A stretch of 64,000 nucleotides of DNA from Spirochaetales bacterium (lineage in GTDB: Bacteria; Spirochaetota; Spirochaetia; JABEVK01). The DNA lies in the NCBI GenBank assembly GCA_037142615.1, contig JBAXAI010000018.1, forward strand, positions 1 to 64,000, in the 5' to 3' direction. The position numbers and the translations under genes were made by a program. Positions 9,783-20,488 of this stretch are shown piece after piece; the stretch's first letter is position 1, and each line of letters opens with the position of its first letter. The notes under the pieces were generated by a model. It did no database searches and had not been told where the DNA came from. It was given only the letters and a program-made list of their open reading frames with translations.

Positions 9783-10685
9783 ATGGACATTCTCTCCTTG
9801 TTTTTCCAGCAGTTGATCAATGGTCTCTCGAAGGGCGGAATTTACGCGCTGATTGCCCTTGGGTACACCATGGTGTATGGCATCATCAAGCTCATCAACT
9901 TTGCCCACGGTGATATTCTGATGGTGGGTGCGTACATCGCCTACTTTGTTTTCGCCGCCTGGGGTTTCACCACGGGCACAGTCTTTCTGGCGGTACTGTT
10001 GGCCGTCGTCGGCTCGGTCCTGTTGGGCATCAGTATCGAGGCGACCTGCTACAGGCCACTTCGCTCAGCACCCCGCATCAACGCCCTCATTACCGCCATC
10101 GGGGTAAGTATCTTTCTGGAGAACTTCCCACGACTCATCCCTGCCATCGGCCCCAACTACCGCGACCTGACCGTTCCCAAGCTCTTCGAAACCATTCACT
10201 TTGGCGAGGTGTCGATTGACCCGCTCAAATTGCTCACGTTGGTGGTTTCCTTGCTTCTGATGGTCGTCTTGATCATCATTGTTGACTACAGCAAGGCCGG
10301 GAAAGCGATGCGGGCTGTCAGCTACGACATGGGAGCCAGCGCTTTGATGGGGATTTCTGTCAACCGCACGGTCAGCTTCACCTTTGCTCTGGGCTCAGCG
10401 CTGGCGGGCATCGGCGGCGTGTTGTATATGCTCAACTTCCCTCTCCTGGACACCTACATGGGTATTATGCCGGGCCTCAAGGCCTTCGTCGCGGCCGTCC
10501 TTGGCGGTATTGGCAGCATTCCAGGGGCCATCTTGGGTGGGCTTATCCTTGGCATCGCAGAAGCGATGACCGCCGGCTTCATCTCGTCCAAACTCATGGA
10601 CATTGTTGTGTTCGGAATTCTCATCCTCATTCTGCTCCTCAAGCCGTCGGGCCTTCTGGGAGTTCACCGCAAGGAGAAAGTGTGA
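9783..10685 (+). CDS. livH: Branched-chain amino acid ABC permease LivH
   Basis: QQLINGL..GGIYALIALGYTMVYGIIKLINFAHG; KAFVAAVLGGIG. Confidence 0.92.
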   Translation: MDILSLFFQQLINGLSKGGIYALIALGYTMVYGIIKLINFAHGDILMVGAYIAYFVFAAWGFTTGTVFLAVLLAVVGSVLLGISIEATCYRPLRSAPRINALITAIGVSIFLENFPRLIPAIGPNYRDLTVPKLFETIHFGEVSIDPLKLLTLVVSLLLMVVLIIIVDYSKAGKAMRAVSYDMGASALMGISVNRTVSFTFALGSALAGIGGVLYMLNFPLLDTYMGIMPGLKAFVAAVLGGIGSIPGAILGGLILGIAEAMTAGFISSKLMDIVVFGILILILLLKPSGLLGVHRKEKV

Positions 10686-11797
10686 TGAAGCAGTTCCGTC
10701 CGACGATCCTGATCGCTCTGGTCTCGGCCTTGGGGTTCATCATTCTGGAAACCTTGATTCAAGTCCGGGTTCTGGACGACTACACCCTCCAGATCCTTTG
10801 CATCGCCGGCATCAACGTACTGGTGGCCCTTTCGCTCAACCTGATTTCCGGTTTCACCGGACAGTTGGCGCTGGGGCACGCCGGCTTCATGGCCGTTGGC
10901 GCCTACACCACTGGAATCCTGTTGGTCCAAGCCCACTGGCCTCTGTTGCCAGCGCTGTTGGGCGGTGGTCTGATGACCGCCTTGTTCGGGATGCTGATCG
11001 GCATGCCCACCCTCCGATTGCGAGGCGACTACTTGGCCATTGTGACGCTCGGCTTTGGCGAGATCATTCGCGTGGCGATCAATAACTTCGACGAGATCTT
11101 GCGTTGGGTCGTCGGCAAACCCGACATGGCCGGGTGGACCGGAGGCCCGACGGGACTCAGTGGGATTCCCGGGTATGACGTCAACATCATGGTCAACAAC
11201 CCGGCCGCGTTTCTTTGGATCTACCCTGCGGTGACGCTAGCGGTGTTACTCGTCATGAACCTGATCCGCTCGTCGCACGGCCGTGCGCTCATTGCCGTGC
11301 GCGAGGACGAGATTTCTGCTCAGGCCATGGGCGTGAATCTCTTCGGAATGAAGCTCACGAGCTTCACCATCAGTGCCTTTCTGGCAGGCCTCGGCGGTGC
11401 CTTGTACGCGCCTTTCATAGGCTACCTATCGCCACCCGGCTTCGATTTTTTGCGTTCGGTCTTCTTTGTCATCATCGTAGTTTTGGGCGGTATGGGCTCG
11501 ATCACCGGCACAGTCATCGCCGGCATCGGACTCACTTTCTTGCAGGAGTTCCTGCGAACCAACGCCAAAGACGCCGGCAATGGGCTGATCAAGCTGGTGC
11601 AACAGTCGATCTTCCCGGGCACCCTCAGCAGTGGCGCCTGGACCGTCGATCTCGTTCCCCTCAGTCAGGTGCTTTTCGGCCTGATTCTCATTCTTCTGAT
11701 GATCTTCCGTCCTGGAGGCCTGATGGGGACCCGGGAGTTGCCCTTGACCAGGCTGTTGAGCACCCCCTGGTGGCGAAAAAAGGCGGCCCATCCATGA
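10685..11797 (+). CDS. livM: Branched-chain amino acid ABC permease LivM
   Basis: GFTGQLALGHAGFMAVGAY; LRLRGDYLAIVTLGFGEII. Confidence 0.92.
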   Translation: MKQFRPTILIALVSALGFIILETLIQVRVLDDYTLQILCIAGINVLVALSLNLISGFTGQLALGHAGFMAVGAYTTGILLVQAHWPLLPALLGGGLMTALFGMLIGMPTLRLRGDYLAIVTLGFGEIIRVAINNFDEILRWVVGKPDMAGWTGGPTGLSGIPGYDVNIMVNNPAAFLWIYPAVTLAVLLVMNLIRSSHGRALIAVREDEISAQAMGVNLFGMKLTSFTISAFLAGLGGALYAPFIGYLSPPGFDFLRSVFFVIIVVLGGMGSITGTVIAGIGLTFLQEFLRTNAKDAGNGLIKLVQQSIFPGTLSSGAWTVDLVPLSQVLFGLILILLMIFRPGGLMGTRELPLTRLLSTPWWRKKAAHP

Positions 11798-12585
11798 GTC
11801 GGCTTCTTCACGCACAGAACCTGGTGATGCAATTTGGAGGGCTCCGCGCTGTCAGCGACTTCAGCTTGGAACTCGCCGAAGGGGAGTTGGTGGGCCTCAT
11901 CGGCCCCAACGGTGCAGGAAAGACCACGGTCTTCAACATGCTGACAGGAGTGTACGCGCCGACCTCGGGCACCATTCGACTCCAGAATGCTACGGGGACC
12001 GACGAAAACATCGCAGGGCTGTTGCCCCACAAGATAACTCGCAAGGGTGTTGCCCGAACGTTTCAGAATATCAGGCTCTTCAAGAGCATGTCCGTCTGGG
12101 AGAACGTCTCAATCGCGCGGCATTCCCACGTTCCTTACAATTTGGCCCAGGGAGTACTTCGCCTGCCTCCCTTCCGTAAAGCTGAGATTCAGTTGAAGGC
12201 CGAAATCTTGGAACTTCTGGCGATCTTCAAGATAGACAACAAGGCCGAGTTTCAGGCCTCCAACTTGCCCTACGGGGAACAACGGAAGCTCGAGATTGTT
12301 CGGGCGCTGGCCAGCAAACCCCGTATCCTGTTGCTCGACGAGCCTGCCGCGGGGATGAACCCCCAGGAAACTCTGGAGTTGATGGAACTCATCCGTTTCA
12401 TCAAGGAACGGTTTCAGCTGACAGTGCTCTTGATTGAACATGACATGAGCTTGGTCATGGGCATTTGTGAAAGGTTGCTGGTGCTCGACTACGGCCGTAC
12501 AATCGCATCGGGACTTCCCCTCGAAATCCGCCAGAATCCTGTTGTGATCAAGGCCTATCTTGGGGAGGACGCGGTCCATGCTTGA
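11794..12585 (+). CDS. livG: Branched-chain amino acid ABC ATP-binding protein LivG
   Basis: FGGLRAV, GPNGAGKTT, RTFQNIRLF, LPYGEQR, LLDEPAAG, IEHDM, AYLG. Confidence 0.93.
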   Translation: MSRLLHAQNLVMQFGGLRAVSDFSLELAEGELVGLIGPNGAGKTTVFNMLTGVYAPTSGTIRLQNATGTDENIAGLLPHKITRKGVARTFQNIRLFKSMSVWENVSIARHSHVPYNLAQGVLRLPPFRKAEIQLKAEILELLAIFKIDNKAEFQASNLPYGEQRKLEIVRALASKPRILLLDEPAAGMNPQETLELMELIRFIKERFQLTVLLIEHDMSLVMGICERLLVLDYGRTIASGLPLEIRQNPVVIKAYLGEDAVHA

Positions 12586-13282
12586 TGTGCAAAACCTCCA
12601 CGTCTACTACGGTGCCATTCACGCGCTGCACGGAGTTTCCTTTCAGGTCCAAGAAGGGGAAATTGTCTCGCTGATCGGTGCCAACGGCGCCGGCAAGACG
12701 ACCATACTGCATACTTTGTCGGCGCTGATCCGTCCCAAGGATGGCTCGATTAGTTTCTTGGGTAGCCCCATCGCCGCCAACAGCCCCGAGAGAATCGTCA
12801 GGGCGGGGCTGGTCCAGGTGCCTGAGGGACGGCGCGTCTTCGCCAACCTCACCGTCCGCGACAACCTTGCCCTCGGAGCGTACACGCGCAAGGACGTTGC
12901 AGGTATCGCAAGCGACCTCGAGAGAGTGTTTGCCCGGTTTCCACGGCTCAAAGAGCGGGCGAGACAGGTGTCTGGCACCCTGTCGGGCGGCGAACAGCAG
13001 ATGCTCGCTATCGGTCGAGCACTGATGGCCAGGCCAAAACTGTTGCTGCTCGATGAACCTTCCATGGGCCTTGCACCGCTCCTGGTCCGCGAAATCTTCA
13101 GCATCATTACCGAAATCAACAAAGAGGGCACCACGGTTCTGCTGGTCGAGCAAAATGCCCACATGGCTCTCGGGATTTCTAACCGCGCCTACGTACTCGA
13201 AACGGGGCGGTTTGTGCTCAGTGGCCCGGCCAAGGAGTTGGCCCAGTCGGACGAAGTCCGCAAAGCCTACCTCGGCGGCTAG
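12578..13282 (+). CDS. livF: Branched-chain amino acid ABC ATP-binding protein LivF
   Basis: GANGAGKTT, VPEGRRVF, LSGGEQQMLA, DEPSMGLAP, VEQN. Confidence 0.93.
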   Translation: MLDVQNLHVYYGAIHALHGVSFQVQEGEIVSLIGANGAGKTTILHTLSALIRPKDGSISFLGSPIAANSPERIVRAGLVQVPEGRRVFANLTVRDNLALGAYTRKDVAGIASDLERVFARFPRLKERARQVSGTLSGGEQQMLAIGRALMARPKLLLLDEPSMGLAPLLVREIFSIITEINKEGTTVLLVEQNAHMALGISNRAYVLETGRFVLSGPAKELAQSDEVRKAYLGG

Positions 13283-13408
13283 CGTCTCGGGCTTTTGGCG
13301 GTGCCTCAACCCGCCGGGCCGAAAGCTGATCCACGTCGACGCTAAACGATTCCTGTTGTGGCTTCGAGGGCACCGGTTTAGAATGAAAAGAGACCCGGAG
13401 GATGCAGC

Positions 13409-14053
13409 ATGATTGTCGGCCAAAGAATGATCAAGAATCCCATTACCGTGACGCCCGAGACCCCTGTTTCCGACGCCCAGTACATGATGCGCAAAGAGAA
13501 AGTGCACCGGTTTCCCGTGGTCGGCAAAGACGGGCGGGTCAAGGGAATTGTCACCGAGAAGGATCTTCTGTACGCGACCCCGTCCCCGGCGACCACGCTC
13601 GACGTGTACGAGATGAACTATTTGCTGTCCAAGTTGACCGTCGATGAGGTGATGAGCACTGACGTCATTTCGGTAACCGAAGACACGACCGTCGAAGAGG
13701 CCGCCCGGGTTTTGGTTGACAACAACATTGGCGGACTGCCCGTCATGCGCGGCGGACAGTTGGTCGGCATCATCACCGAAAGTGACCTGTTCAAGGTGTT
13801 CCTCGAGATGTTCGCCTCGCGGCAAAAGGGCTTGCGCATCACGCTCATGGTTCCCGAGCAGAAGGGCGAGTTGGCCCGTCTTTCGGGGGCGGTGAGTGCC
13901 ATAGGCGGCAACATTGTCGCCCTCGGAACCTTCCTTGGCGAGGACTCCTCGCAGACCCTATTGACCATGAAAGTCCAAGGTTGTACCGAGGAAGCCCTTC
14001 GCGAGGCGGTCAAGCCCTTCGTTCAGAGGATCCTCGACTGCCGGTCCGTCTAG
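13409..14053 (+). CDS. CBS-pair plus ACT domain protein (AcuB-like)
   Basis: Two CBS repeats (GIVTEKDL, GIITESDL) and C-terminal ACT-like GELARL...GGNI. Confidence 0.85.
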   Translation: MIVGQRMIKNPITVTPETPVSDAQYMMRKEKVHRFPVVGKDGRVKGIVTEKDLLYATPSPATTLDVYEMNYLLSKLTVDEVMSTDVISVTEDTTVEEAARVLVDNNIGGLPVMRGGQLVGIITESDLFKVFLEMFASRQKGLRITLMVPEQKGELARLSGAVSAIGGNIVALGTFLGEDSSQTLLTMKVQGCTEEALREAVKPFVQRILDCRSV

Positions 14054-14066
14054 CCCCCCCGTTCTC

Positions 14067-14095
14067 TTGCGCAACAGGAGCCGTTTGCCTATAAT
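14067..14095 (+). promoter_or_regulatory. Sigma-70-type promoter of fusA
   Basis: TTGCGC-N17-TATAAT. Confidence 0.7.
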
Positions 14096-14125
14096 AACCT
14101 CCACTTTGCAGAGAGAGGTTTTTCC

Positions 14126-16216
14126 ATGAGTATTGCTATCGACAAAATGCGTAACATCGGGATCAGCGCCCATATCGACTCGGGCAAGACGACCCTGACC
14201 GAACGCATCCTGTTCTACTGTGGCCGCATCCACGCCATCCACGAAGTCAAGGGCAAAGACGGCGTTGGTGCCACCATGGACTCCATGGAACTCGAACGCG
14301 AGCGCGGGATCACCATTCAGTCAGCTGCCACCAGCGTGCAGTGGGGTGACAAGTTCATCAACATCATCGACACCCCAGGTCACGTTGACTTCACCATCGA
14401 AGTAGAGCGTTCGCTGCGCGTTCTCGACGGCGCCATTTTGGTGCTTTGTTCGGTCGCCGGCGTGCAGTCTCAGTCGATTACCGTCGACCGTCAAATGAAG
14501 CGCTACGATGTGCCCCGGCTTGCCTTCATCAACAAGGCCGACCGGACCGGGGCCAACCCTTATCGGGTTCGCGAGCAGTTGCGCGACAAGCTCGGTCACA
14601 ACGCCGTGTTCGTCACCCTCCCCATCGGTTTGGAAGACAAGTTTGAAGGCGTCATCGACTTGGTGAAGATGGTTGCTGTCTATTTTGAAGGCGAAGACGG
14701 CCTCGATATGGTCGAGCGCGAAATCCCGGCTGGGCAGCTGGCCGAAGCCGAAAAGTACCGTGAAATGATGATTGAAGAGCTTTCCATGTTCAGCGACGAG
14801 CTCATGGAACTCCACCTGGAAGGCAAGGACGCTCCCATCGACCTGGTCAAGGCTGCCATCCGCAAGGGCACCATCAGTCGCGAACTGACCGCCGTGTTTG
14901 TGGGTTCGGCGTACAAGAACAAGGGCGTTCAGGTACTTCTCAACGGTGTTGCCGACTACCTGCCGGCCCCCACCGAAAAGGCCAACTACGCGCTCGACCA
15001 GAACAACAACGAGGAACGCGTCGCCCTCGAGGTGATCGACTCCAAGCCGACCGTGGCGCTGGCGTTCAAGCTCGACGACGGCCAATACGGCCAGCTCACC
15101 TACGTGCGCATCTATCAGGGTGTGGTCAAGAAGGGCATGGAACTCAAGAACATGCGCACTCAGCGCCGCTTCAAGATCGGTCGCCTGATCAAGATGCACT
15201 CCAACCATATGGAAGACATCGACTTTGCCGGCGCTGGTGACATCGCGGCCCTGTTCGGCATCGAGTGCGCCTCGGGCGATACTTTCTGCGACGACCGCCT
15301 TGACGTCACCATGACCTCGATGTTCGTCCCTGCGGCGGTCATCTCGCTTTCCATCGAGCCCATCGACAAGAAGTCGGGCGACAACATGGCCAAGGCTCTC
15401 AACCGCTTCACCAAGGAAGACCCGACGTTCCGCACCTACGTCGACCCGGAGTCGAACCAGACCATCGTTCAGGGTATGGGCGAGTTGCACCTTGAGGTGT
15501 ACATCGAACGCATGAAGCGCGAGTACAAAGCTGAAGTGAAAACCGGCATGCCCCAGGTCGCTTACCGCGAGGCGATCAGCGAACGGGTTGAGTTCACGTA
15601 CGTGCACAAGAAGCAGACCGGTGGTTCGGGCCAGTACGCCAAGATCGGTGGGTTCATCGAACCCTTTTCGGAGAAGGACTACAACTTCGTCAACATGGTG
15701 AAGGGTGGTTCCATCCCGAACGAGTTCATTCCCAGTTGTGACAAGGGCTTCCGTGAGGCCGTCAAGAAGGGCACGCTCATCGGGTTTCCCGTGGTAGGGG
15801 TTCAGGCTACCGTCAACGACGGTGCTTCCCACCCTGTCGATTCCTCCGACATGGCGTTCAGTACGGCTGCGCTCATGGCGTTCCGCGAAAACTACGCCAA
15901 GGCCAAGCCCATCATCCTGGAACCCATCATGCGCGTGGCCGTCGAAGGCCCGACAGAGTTCCAAGGCAACATCTTTGGTTCGATTAACCAGCGCCGTGGC
16001 GTCATCATCGGGTCTACCGAAGACGGCCAGTTCTGCTCGGTGCAGGCGGAAGTGCCGCTGTCGGAAATGTTCGGTTATTCGACCATCCTCCGGTCGATGA
16101 GCCAGGGCAAAGCGGAGTTCACCATGGAGTTTGAAAAGTACGCCAAGGTGCCCGAAAGCGTCGCCGTGGTCTTGAAGAAAGAGTACGAAGAAAAGCGCAA
16201 GGCCATGAACCGCTAG
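14126..16216 (+). CDS. fusA: Elongation factor G (spirochaete EF-G1 type, outside the str operon)
   Basis: [48 protein letters not shown]. Confidence 0.97.
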   Translation: MSIAIDKMRNIGISAHIDSGKTTLTERILFYCGRIHAIHEVKGKDGVGATMDSMELERERGITIQSAATSVQWGDKFINIIDTPGHVDFTIEVERSLRVLDGAILVLCSVAGVQSQSITVDRQMKRYDVPRLAFINKADRTGANPYRVREQLRDKLGHNAVFVTLPIGLEDKFEGVIDLVKMVAVYFEGEDGLDMVEREIPAGQLAEAEKYREMMIEELSMFSDELMELHLEGKDAPIDLVKAAIRKGTISRELTAVFVGSAYKNKGVQVLLNGVADYLPAPTEKANYALDQNNNEERVALEVIDSKPTVALAFKLDDGQYGQLTYVRIYQGVVKKGMELKNMRTQRRFKIGRLIKMHSNHMEDIDFAGAGDIAALFGIECASGDTFCDDRLDVTMTSMFVPAAVISLSIEPIDKKSGDNMAKALNRFTKEDPTFRTYVDPESNQTIVQGMGELHLEVYIERMKREYKAEVKTGMPQVAYREAISERVEFTYVHKKQTGGSGQYAKIGGFIEPFSEKDYNFVNMVKGGSIPNEFIPSCDKGFREAVKKGTLIGFPVVGVQATVNDGASHPVDSSDMAFSTAALMAFRENYAKAKPIILEPIMRVAVEGPTEFQGNIFGSINQRRGVIIGSTEDGQFCSVQAEVPLSEMFGYSTILRSMSQGKAEFTMEFEKYAKVPESVAVVLKKEYEEKRKAMNR

Positions 16217-16233
16217 CGACGGCAGTTCGTAGC

Positions 16234-16263
16234 AAGGGCCACCGGAAACGGTGGTCTTTTTTT
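16234..16263 (+). terminator. Intrinsic terminator of fusA
   Basis: ggccaccg-gaaa-cggtggtc followed by a T-tract. Confidence 0.85.
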
Positions 16264-16287
16264 GTGCCCGGACAGCCCCTCAGGGCA

Positions 16288-16315
16288 TAAAAAAAGCCCC
16301 GGCTGTCCGGGACTC
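16288..16315 (-). terminator. Intrinsic terminator of carD
   Basis: Minus strand agtcccgg-acag-ccggggc followed by a T-tract. Confidence 0.75.
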
Positions 16316-16346
16316 ATGGGCGAGGAACCTCGAGGCGAGCCGACGG

Positions 16347-16940
16347 CTACTCCTCTTCTTCCTCTTCGGCAACCTCGACTTCAAACTCCTCGTCGGCCTC
16401 GGGGTCCATCAGCGCCAGTGACTTGCCCAGTGGTTCGAGCTTCTCGTGCACCTGGCGCTCGACTTCCCCGACCGATATGTTCAACGAGAAAGCGATTTCG
16501 TCGATCAGCAGCTTCATGGCGCTATCGTAGAGTTTGCGCTCCAAAATCGGGAGCTCTTTGACTTTGCTTCGGTGGTAGAGATTGCGGACAACGAGAGCGA
16601 TGTCGGTGATGTCCCCGCTCTTGAGGTGGTCCAAGTTCATCTGGTAGCGCATCTTCCAGTCTGCGGTGACGGGCTCGAAATCGCTACCGATGATCTCAAA
16701 CGCCTCTTCGGCCTTTTCTGGCGGAACAATGGCCCGAATTCCGATCTCCACGGCCTTATCGACGGGAATCATGACCGTCATGTCGGTGACAGGAAGAAAG
16801 ATCTGGTAATACTGGGTGGGTTTGCCTTTGAACACCCTCTCGGAGATCGACAGGATCTGGCCGACGCCCTGAAGGGGATACACCACTTTTTGGTTCAGAA
16901 CAAAGGGAGCAGCGGCTCCGGGGACGGTCGCATCAGGCAT
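16347..16940 (-). CDS. carD: CarD family transcriptional regulator
   Basis: VVYPLQGVGQI, MIPV...GIR, conserved Trp in DWKMRY, ERKLY; acidic tail. Confidence 0.9.
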   Translation of the reverse strand: MPDATVPGAAAPFVLNQKVVYPLQGVGQILSISERVFKGKPTQYYQIFLPVTDMTVMIPVDKAVEIGIRAIVPPEKAEEAFEIIGSDFEPVTADWKMRYQMNLDHLKSGDITDIALVVRNLYHRSKVKELPILERKLYDSAMKLLIDEIAFSLNISVGEVERQVHEKLEPLGKSLALMDPEADEEFEVEVAEEEEEE

Positions 16941-16962
16941 GGCAGGGATGATAGCACAAAGC

Positions 16963-18540
16963 CTACCTTAGGTCAAACCTCACAGTGTTCTTCACAGAGG
17001 GCAAGGGCTTCCAATAAAGGCTCTTGAAGGGGTGCAAATCAAGTGGGTTGGCATACCAACCACCTACCTGCTGAAGGTCAATCAGACTGAAGCCGGGCGT
17101 GTGGCTCAGGGGTATAAGAAGTCCTTGCTGCAAAAGAAATTCCTCGGCTTTTCCAAGGTCCTTGAGGCGGTCTTCGGACTTCGTTTCCTTGGCAGACTGG
17201 ACGAGGAGCCGGTCGTAGTCGGCGTTCTGGAAGTGAAACGAGTTCAGACTGCTTCCACCCTTCCAAAGATAAAGAAAGGTGACCGGATCGAGGAAGTCGC
17301 CAATCCAACTGAAGTAGCCCAGAGTGGCGTCTTGACCTGCGAGCTGGTCGTAATAGTTGCCCTTCACCTCGACGGCTGCGACGCTGAGGTGCAAGTCAGC
17401 CCAGCTCTTGGTGAAGAAGTCCGTAAAAAATTGGGAATCACTTCCTTCGGGCACCACGATGCGTACTGGCGGAAGTCCATCCCCGTTGGGAAAGCCTGCG
17501 GCAGCCAGGTCCGACAACGCAGATTCTTTGTCCGCCTTGAGGGGTTCCACTTTGGGATACCCTTCGAACCAAGGAACCAGCACCGAGGTTGGCTGCAGGT
17601 AGTTCTTGCGTAGCTCTTCCAGCGGCAGCAACTTGATGAGCGCCTGCCGGATCCTCGCGTCGCTCCAAGGGGCTTTCGTGGACTCAAAGAAGAAGAAACT
17701 CGTCCCAAAAAGCGGGGTTGCCGAGACCATACGTCCGTTGATGGTGGCAGAAAGGTCTATCACATCGGCCAGCCAGGCGTACTGCCCGTCTTTGAACTCC
17801 TTCGTCACCTGTTCCTTGTCATCGCGGAAAGTGAACTCCAGGTTGTCGATCTTCACGCTGGAGGCGTCCCAGTACTTGTCGTTCTTGACCAGTTCCCACC
17901 GGGCTGGGCTTCCTTCGGAGGCGAGGCTGTGGCTCAACAGACGATAGGGTCCGTTCGATGGCGGGTACACTCCAGCTGGTTGCTTTTGGGAACGCCAACT
18001 CTTAGCCAGTGGGACAAACGAGTAGTGGGAGAGAATGCTCGCCATTTGTGGCGCCGGTTCGTGGAACTTCAAGACGATCTTGTCGGGCGCGGGGGTTTGA
18101 ATCCCAAGCTTGCTGACATCCTTGAGTTTGCCCTCTCTCCAGGCCTGCACGCCTTCGATGGGATCGAGAAGCGACGCAAAGGGGGCTCCCAAGGCAGGAT
18201 TCAGTAGCCGGAGCCAGCTTTGCAGAAAATCGTCGCTCGTGAGGGGCGTGCCGTCTTCGTAGGTGAGTCCTGGCCGCAAAGTAAGGGTAAGGCCCATATT
18301 GCCGGGCGCGAACTCCCACTTCTGGGCTGCACCCGGGGCAGGCTTGAGCGTCACGGGATCGTAGGTCAGCACGCCTTCGTACAGCGCCGAAAGCACTTGA
18401 GCCTCCAGCGAGGTCTGTCCCTGAGCGGGATCGTTCGAGATCGGCGAGTCGCCAAAGTTCACTCTCAACGTCGGCGAACCTTCGGCCCAAAACAGCGCGG
18501 GCAAAAGCAGAAACCAAAGGGCAAGTAGGATTCGGATCAA
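16963..18540 (-). CDS. Peptide ABC transporter substrate-binding protein (family 5), orphan
   Basis: LYEGVL..DP..L.P.PG.A..W, SNGPY, WIGDFLDP.TFL. Confidence 0.85.
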   Translation of the reverse strand: MIRILLALWFLLLPALFWAEGSPTLRVNFGDSPISNDPAQGQTSLEAQVLSALYEGVLTYDPVTLKPAPGAAQKWEFAPGNMGLTLTLRPGLTYEDGTPLTSDDFLQSWLRLLNPALGAPFASLLDPIEGVQAWREGKLKDVSKLGIQTPAPDKIVLKFHEPAPQMASILSHYSFVPLAKSWRSQKQPAGVYPPSNGPYRLLSHSLASEGSPARWELVKNDKYWDASSVKIDNLEFTFRDDKEQVTKEFKDGQYAWLADVIDLSATINGRMVSATPLFGTSFFFFESTKAPWSDARIRQALIKLLPLEELRKNYLQPTSVLVPWFEGYPKVEPLKADKESALSDLAAAGFPNGDGLPPVRIVVPEGSDSQFFTDFFTKSWADLHLSVAAVEVKGNYYDQLAGQDATLGYFSWIGDFLDPVTFLYLWKGGSSLNSFHFQNADYDRLLVQSAKETKSEDRLKDLGKAEEFLLQQGLLIPLSHTPGFSLIDLQQVGGWYANPLDLHPFKSLYWKPLPSVKNTVRFDLR

Positions 18541-19337
18541 CGGATGACTCCTAGCAACAGAATGCCGGCTGCCAGAACGGCGACTCCGATCGAACTACCA
18601 AACAGAACGAAGGCCGAGGTTTTGATCCCCTGGGAAAGCTCTTGAAACGATCGTGGACTCACGACAAACATGGCGTCTTTGGATTCGGGCTTCCGGAGTT
18701 CGACCGTTCCGCCGGCGTCGGACGCTTCGGCAAAAACCGAGACCTCTTGGTCGAGTCCCAGGCAAGACTCCTCATAACGGTACCCCAACGTATCGCCGCC
18801 CCGTGGCAGCGTCAGGTGAAACTGGGCAAAGGCCGGGTTATGCGCCATTTCGAAGCTGGAGTGAGTCTTCACCAAATCGACTTTTGCCTTTTCGGGAGCC
18901 ACCAAGATACGGCCAGTGGCGTCCTCGAGCCAAAACGTCGTGCGGCGCTCGTTTCCCGCGACGACCTCGCTTTTGCGCACGCGGTTGGAAGTCCGGTTCC
19001 CTTTGGCATCCGTGGTCCAAGTGATCTCCTCAAACTCGCGCGTCACAGAAAACTGATAAGCGACGCAAGGAGTCTGAGTCAACTCGGCCAAAAGCGGCTG
19101 GTCACAGCGAATCTGGCCGTGGACTTTGACGGGTTGGCGAAACGAACCGGCCCCCAGCTGCGCCGCCACCGCCGCCGCGTCTTCCTTGAGTTGCTGAACG
19201 GGAAACTCAGGGGTCGCACCCGCGGACATAGCCTTGAGCGACTGGCGGCGACTGAGCCACCACAGGCCGAAACTCGCGGCAAACAGTCCGACAGACACTA
19301 GAAATTGCAGCACTAGGGATGACCTTCCTCGACCCAA
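18537..19337 (-). CDS. GIDE-domain (MUL1/MAPL-like) membrane protein without RING
   Basis: N- and C-terminal TM helices; PLLAELTQTPCVAY, FWLEDATGRILV.P, GYRYEE. Confidence 0.7.
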   Translation of the reverse strand: MGRGRSSLVLQFLVSVGLFAASFGLWWLSRRQSLKAMSAGATPEFPVQQLKEDAAAVAAQLGAGSFRQPVKVHGQIRCDQPLLAELTQTPCVAYQFSVTREFEEITWTTDAKGNRTSNRVRKSEVVAGNERRTTFWLEDATGRILVAPEKAKVDLVKTHSSFEMAHNPAFAQFHLTLPRGGDTLGYRYEESCLGLDQEVSVFAEASDAGGTVELRKPESKDAMFVVSPRSFQELSQGIKTSAFVLFGSSIGVAVLAAGILLLGVIR

Positions 19338-19467
19338 GACGTCACCCCATGGTACGTATCCCCGAGGGCCTTGTAAAGTTCTTCGGTCATAGTTTGAATG
19401 TACGACCCGGGGGTTGAGGTTTCAAGGAGAAAGGGTTATGTTGAGTATGTAACTTGAGGAGGTAATT

Positions 19468-19965
19468 TTGGACGTTGCCATTACGGATCCCCTGCCTTGG
19501 TATATCGCCGGGCCACTTCTGGGGCTCTTTGTCCCTGCCATGCTCCTGTTGACGGGCAAAGAGCCTGGAGTCTCCAGTTCTTTCCGTCACGCCTGCGCCG
19601 CATTGCTGCCGTCAGGCAAGCCTGACTACTTCCGCTACGACTGGCTTAAGTCCGGCCTGTGGCAAATCCTGTTTGTCGTCGGCATCCTGCTTGGCGGAAC
19701 CTTGGTTCAGTTTGGTTTGGGGGGGGCCGGTGTTCCGCTGTTCCTACCGGAGAATCTCACGGCCGCCGGGTTGGCGCTCCTGTTCGTCGGTGGCGTACTC
19801 GTCGGTTTCGGTACCCGCTACGCCGATGGCTGCACCTCGGGCCACACCATTTCGGGTATCTCGAACCTCAGCGTTCCCAGCCTGATCGCCTCGGTGTGCT
19901 TCATCGTCGGAGGCAGCGCCGCCAGTCTGGTTCACCGCTTTGTTTTTGGAGGTCTGGTTCCATGA
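19468..19965 (+). CDS. YeeE/YedE family sulfur-compound transporter, half 1
   Basis: [34 protein letters not shown]; SD GAGGAGG. Confidence 0.88.
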   Translation: MDVAITDPLPWYIAGPLLGLFVPAMLLLTGKEPGVSSSFRHACAALLPSGKPDYFRYDWLKSGLWQILFVVGILLGGTLVQFGLGGAGVPLFLPENLTAAGLALLFVGGVLVGFGTRYADGCTSGHTISGISNLSVPSLIASVCFIVGGSAASLVHRFVFGGLVP

Positions 19966-20414
19966 GCACCGAAAAGAAACCCCCAACCACCCCTTGGTGG
20001 AAGTACCCGCTTTGGCTGTTGCTCGGCGTCGGCTTCGGGGCCGTACTCACGGCGGCCCAAGTGATCTCGGTTGTCCGTGTACGCCGCATGTTCGCCTTCC
20101 AGGAGGCGCACATGTTTTTGGTGATCGGCGCGGCGGTCGTCACCGGCGTGATCAGCATGCTCCTCGTCAAGGCGCTCCGCAAATCCCAGACCGACATTTC
20201 GGGAGAAAAGATGGAGTTCAAGGAAAGGCCGATGCAGCCCGGGATTATTATCGGTGGGCTGACGTTCGGAATCGGTTGGTACCTCACCGCCGCCTGCCCT
20301 GGACCCATTTATGCCCTGATCGGCACCGGCACTTGGACGGCGTTTGCCATCCTGGGCGGAGCCTTGGTCGGGACGTTTGTGTACGGTTTGGTCAAGAAGT
20401 CCTTGCCCCATTGA
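19962..20414 (+). CDS. YeeE/YedE family sulfur-compound transporter, half 2
   Basis: [28 protein letters not shown]; ATGA overlap with the upstream gene. Confidence 0.85.
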   Translation: MSTEKKPPTTPWWKYPLWLLLGVGFGAVLTAAQVISVVRVRRMFAFQEAHMFLVIGAAVVTGVISMLLVKALRKSQTDISGEKMEFKERPMQPGIIIGGLTFGIGWYLTAACPGPIYALIGTGTWTAFAILGGALVGTFVYGLVKKSLPH

Positions 20415-20488
20415 GTTTTTCCCGGTTTCGTTTTAGGGTGTCGGAACGCCCGGACATGGAGCCGGGTAAACTCATTTCTGGATGGATT

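Noticed and set aside
8566-14053. liv operon plus CBS-ACT gene as a novel system
   Set aside because: A common, well-known arrangement
14126-16216. fusA outside the str operon as a novelty
   Set aside because: A separate EF-G1 paralog is established for spirochaetes
19345-19420. C/G-tract sequences before the yeeE/yedE pair as a CsoR/CstR operator
   Set aside because: The match is weak and non-palindromic, and no such regulator is adjacent
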